Source: an uncultured Alphaproteobacteria bacterium (GTDB taxonomy: Bacteria > Pseudomonadota > Alphaproteobacteria > HIMB59). Taken from it: DNA of 64,000 bases. Below, in pieces: positions 61,181 to 64,000 of the stretch. The notes below the pieces were generated by a model that was not told the origin of the DNA, searched no databases, and saw only the letters and a program-made list of their open reading frames with translations. The stretch covers positions 16,140 to 80,139 of the forward strand of contig CACGPP010000006.1 in assembly GCA_902574995.1 (NCBI GenBank). The letters run 5' to 3'. How positions within the stretch are numbered: position 1 is the first letter of the stretch; the number at the start of each line of letters is the position of its first letter. A program made the position numbers and the translations under genes.

Positions 61181-62331
61181 AAAGAAAAATTTGTTGCGTT
61201 CTTGGTCATAGAGCTAACTATTCAAGTATTAAATCTGTTTTACTAGCTATTAAAAAGAATTCAGATCTTACTTTACAAATTATACTTATCTCATCAGCAA
61301 TTTTGGAAAAATATGGATCAATACGCAAAATTCTTAAAAGTGATGGTTTAAATGTAAATTTAGAATTGCCTATATTACTTGAAGGAGAAACTCCTCAAAC
61401 AATGGCAAAAACTACAGGATTAGGATTGATTGAGCTTTCTACTGCATTCAGTTTTCTAAGACCTGATATAGTTATTGTGGTTGGAGATCGCTTTGAGACT
61501 ATGTCAACAACATTAGCAGCTGCATATAATAATATAATTATTGCTCATACTATGGGCGGTGAATTAAGTGGAACAATTGATGAGAGCATTAGACACGCAA
61601 TAACAAAATTTGCGCATATTCATTTTCCAGCTAATTTGGATGCAACTAGAAGAATAATAAAAATGGGAGAAAACCCAAAATTTGTTTTTAACATGGGCTG
61701 CCCAAGAATCGACATAGTTAAAGAAATAATGAATAAAAAAAAGAAATTTAACTTAGATTATTTAAACAAGGAGGGAGTAGGTGACAAAATCAATTTTAAT
61801 AAAAATTTTATAATTCTATCTCAGCACCCAGTTACGACAGAATACGGAGATGCTTTTGATCAAATTACCGTAACATTAAATGCAATTTCATCCCTTGACT
61901 TTCAAACCATTATATTATGGCCTAATCCTGATGCAGGATCAGACGATATTGCAAAAGGTATAAGGAGATTTAGAGAAAATAATTCATTAAAAAAAATAAG
62001 ATTTATTAAAAATGTTCCATTAGAAACATATATAATTTTAATGAGCAAAACTAAATGTTTAGTTGGTAATTCATCAAGTGGAATTAGAGAGGGCGCATAT
62101 ATAGGAACACCTGTAGTTAATATTGGATCTCGTCAAAATAATAGAGCGAGAGGTAAAAATGTTTTAGATGTAAAACACAATATTAAAGAAATATCAAACG
62201 CAATTAAAAAACAAGTAAAACATGGATTTTATAAAAGTGAGATGCTTTACGGAGATGGGAATGCTGGTATTAAAATTGCGAGAATTTTAAATAAAATAGA
62301 TGTAAAGGTCCAAAAAACAAATAATTATTAA
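61177..62331 (+). CDS. neuC: Hydrolysing UDP-GlcNAc 2-epimerase (NeuC/LegG family)
   Basis: GDRFE, HTMGGE, DESIRHAITKFAHIHF, GNSSSG, IGSRQ. Confidence 0.92.
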   Translation: MKRKICCVLGHRANYSSIKSVLLAIKKNSDLTLQIILISSAILEKYGSIRKILKSDGLNVNLELPILLEGETPQTMAKTTGLGLIELSTAFSFLRPDIVIVVGDRFETMSTTLAAAYNNIIIAHTMGGELSGTIDESIRHAITKFAHIHFPANLDATRRIIKMGENPKFVFNMGCPRIDIVKEIMNKKKKFNLDYLNKEGVGDKINFNKNFIILSQHPVTTEYGDAFDQITVTLNAISSLDFQTIILWPNPDAGSDDIAKGIRRFRENNSLKKIRFIKNVPLETYIILMSKTKCLVGNSSSGIREGAYIGTPVVNIGSRQNNRARGKNVLDVKHNIKEISNAIKKQVKHGFYKSEMLYGDGNAGIKIARILNKIDVKVQKTNNY

Positions 62332-62346
62332 TATGAAAAAATATTA

Positions 62347-63051
62347 ATGAAAATTATAGCGATAATACCTGCAAGAGGTGGATCAAAATCGATAAAATTA
62401 AAAAATATTGCTAAATTAAACGGTAGACCATTACTAAGTTATACATCTGAGGCTGCAAAAAAAAGTAACTTCATAAGCGAAATTTTTTTATCAACAGATA
62501 ATAAAACGATTGCAAATCTTGCAAAAAAAGAAGGTTTGAGCTTTTTAGGGTATAGGCCAAAAAATCTTTCAAAAGATAATACTAAAACAATAGATGTTGT
62601 AATTAACCTCCTAAAAAAAATTGAAAAAGTAAGAAACTATAAACCCGATATTATAGTGCTTCTTCAACCTACATCACCACTGAGAAGCAATAAAGATATT
62701 GATAATGCAATTAAATTATTTATCAAATCCAATGCTACGTCTTTAGTAAGCACAGTAAACCTACCACATAACTTTAATCCTGAGTCTATAATGAGGCTTA
62801 AAAATAATAAATTATATGGTCTAAAAAAAAGTTTAAAAAATCATGTAACCATCAGACAACAAAAAGAAAAGTACTTAGCTAGAAATGGAGCAGCAATTTA
62901 TATTTCATCTTATGACTCTATACTTAAAAATAAATCTTTTTATGGAGAAAAAACTATTCCATATTTTATGAGCAAAATAAATTCAATAGATATAGATGAT
63001 CAAGAAGATCTAATAATCGCAGAGTCAATTATTAAAAATCAAAATTTTTAA
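62347..63051 (+). CDS. neuA: CMP-nonulosonic acid synthetase (NeuA/LegF family)
   Basis: IPARGGSKSIKLKN, LQPTSPLR, NGAAIY, SIDIDD. Confidence 0.92.
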   Translation: MKIIAIIPARGGSKSIKLKNIAKLNGRPLLSYTSEAAKKSNFISEIFLSTDNKTIANLAKKEGLSFLGYRPKNLSKDNTKTIDVVINLLKKIEKVRNYKPDIIVLLQPTSPLRSNKDIDNAIKLFIKSNATSLVSTVNLPHNFNPESIMRLKNNKLYGLKKSLKNHVTIRQQKEKYLARNGAAIYISSYDSILKNKSFYGEKTIPYFMSKINSIDIDDQEDLIIAESIIKNQNF

Positions 63052-63059
63052 AAATCTTT

Positions 63060-64000
63060 ATGGTTGATAATTTATATTTAGTTTATGAGGATTATGAGAA
63101 AGTATATAAATGGAAATATTTATTAACTAAATTAGATTTAAATATAAATCAATTTGGCATAATCACAAAATCTAAGCGTGCAAATAATAATCAATTTTTA
63201 AAAATTAATACTATAATTACTAACCAAAGTTTTATTAATAATTTAAGAAATTTTTTTAAGGTAGTATTTTTAAAAAACGAAAATATAAATTATTTATCAG
63301 ACCATCCAGAATTAAATATAGGAATAAAAAAAATGATACCAAAATTTTTCAAGAAGATTTATGTGAAATACCTATATTACAATATTAAATTTAAATTACT
63401 TGATAAATCTATTAATAATATTCATCTAATGGAGCCTAAAAATTTCTTATATTCAATATATATAATATTAATTGAGATTATATCTATTGAAAATAAAATT
63501 AACATTTCGTTTATACATGCTACATATTTGCTTAAAAACATAAGGTTTTTTAATAACCTAACTAGAAAAGATCATAATTTAGAAAATATTTTCATTAAAC
63601 AAAATCTTGAAAGTTTTAATAATGATTTTCAAAAATTAAATGATAAAAAGTTCGAATTTTTAAAAAAAAAGAAAATAAAAAAAAATTTTAAACTAACGAA
63701 TATCAATAATTTAAAAAAAAAATTATCTCAATTAGATCATACAAAAACTGTTGTTATTTCTTTACCTAAAGAAAATAATTCTAGAGAATTTTATTTCACA
63801 GAAAAATCTTTATTTCATAATCTTCCAGCTATCATCAAAATCTTTAAAGAAAGTAATTTCAATGTAATTTTAAAAAAACATCCTTTGTCTAGCGTTGATT
63901 ACAACAGAAAATTTAAATTAATTATATCTGATATGTCATTAAAAGATCTCTCAAATTTAACTCGTATCGATTTACATTTTAGTAGTTCAAGCCATACATT
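63060..64000 (+). CDS. Partial ORF, possible nonulosonic acid/Kdo transferase or capsule biosynthesis protein
   Basis: Open from ATG at 63060 to the window end (MVDNLYLVYEDYEK...VILKKHPLS...HFSSSSHT); HP and SS motifs as in GT-B sialyltransferases; follows neuA. Confidence 0.55.
   Translation, partial: MVDNLYLVYEDYEKVYKWKYLLTKLDLNINQFGIITKSKRANNNQFLKINTIITNQSFINNLRNFFKVVFLKNENINYLSDHPELNIGIKKMIPKFFKKIYVKYLYYNIKFKLLDKSINNIHLMEPKNFLYSIYIILIEIISIENKINISFIHATYLLKNIRFFNNLTRKDHNLENIFIKQNLESFNNDFQKLNDKKFEFLKKKKIKKNFKLTNINNLKKKLSQLDHTKTVVISLPKENNSREFYFTEKSLFHNLPAIIKIFKESNFNVILKKHPLSSVDYNRKFKLIISDMSLKDLSNLTRIDLHFSSSSHT

Overview
This 64-kb window comes from a very AT-rich, streamlined genome with tight or overlapping genes. 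Gene content (dmdA, betA, an Irr-like Fur protein, a CIRCE-controlled groESL, katG) points to a marine alphaproteobacterium of the SAR11/HIMB59 type; that placement is inference. In order, it contains: zur-znuBC/znuA with a double Zur box; an Irr-like regulator next to an Fe3+-binding protein; a six-gene folate operon; katG; a pncC-Pif1-alaX operon; betA; glnK-amtB; a minus-strand methylated-osmolyte cluster (proVXW, yeiH, dmdA, MFS, Rid, BBOX-like dioxygenase, HD oxygenase); housekeeping genes; an oxidoreductase-SelD fusion; groESL; and the start of an AT-rich surface-glycan island (acyltransferase, TauD-like dioxygenase, ACP, KAS III, neuBCA). I saw no rRNA, tRNA, CRISPR or mobile element. 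Features missing from the ORF track include a candidate ~60-nt sRNA with an anti-Shine-Dalgarno loop and a 27-aa membrane peptide, which share a TGCAA-N3-TTGCA palindrome upstream, and a probably leaderless 27-aa Arg/Lys-rich peptide. Two gene sets suggest uncharacterised chemistry: a BBOX-like/HD oxygenase pair that differs from TmpAB, and an ACP-based acyl-tailoring module beside nonulosonic acid genes.
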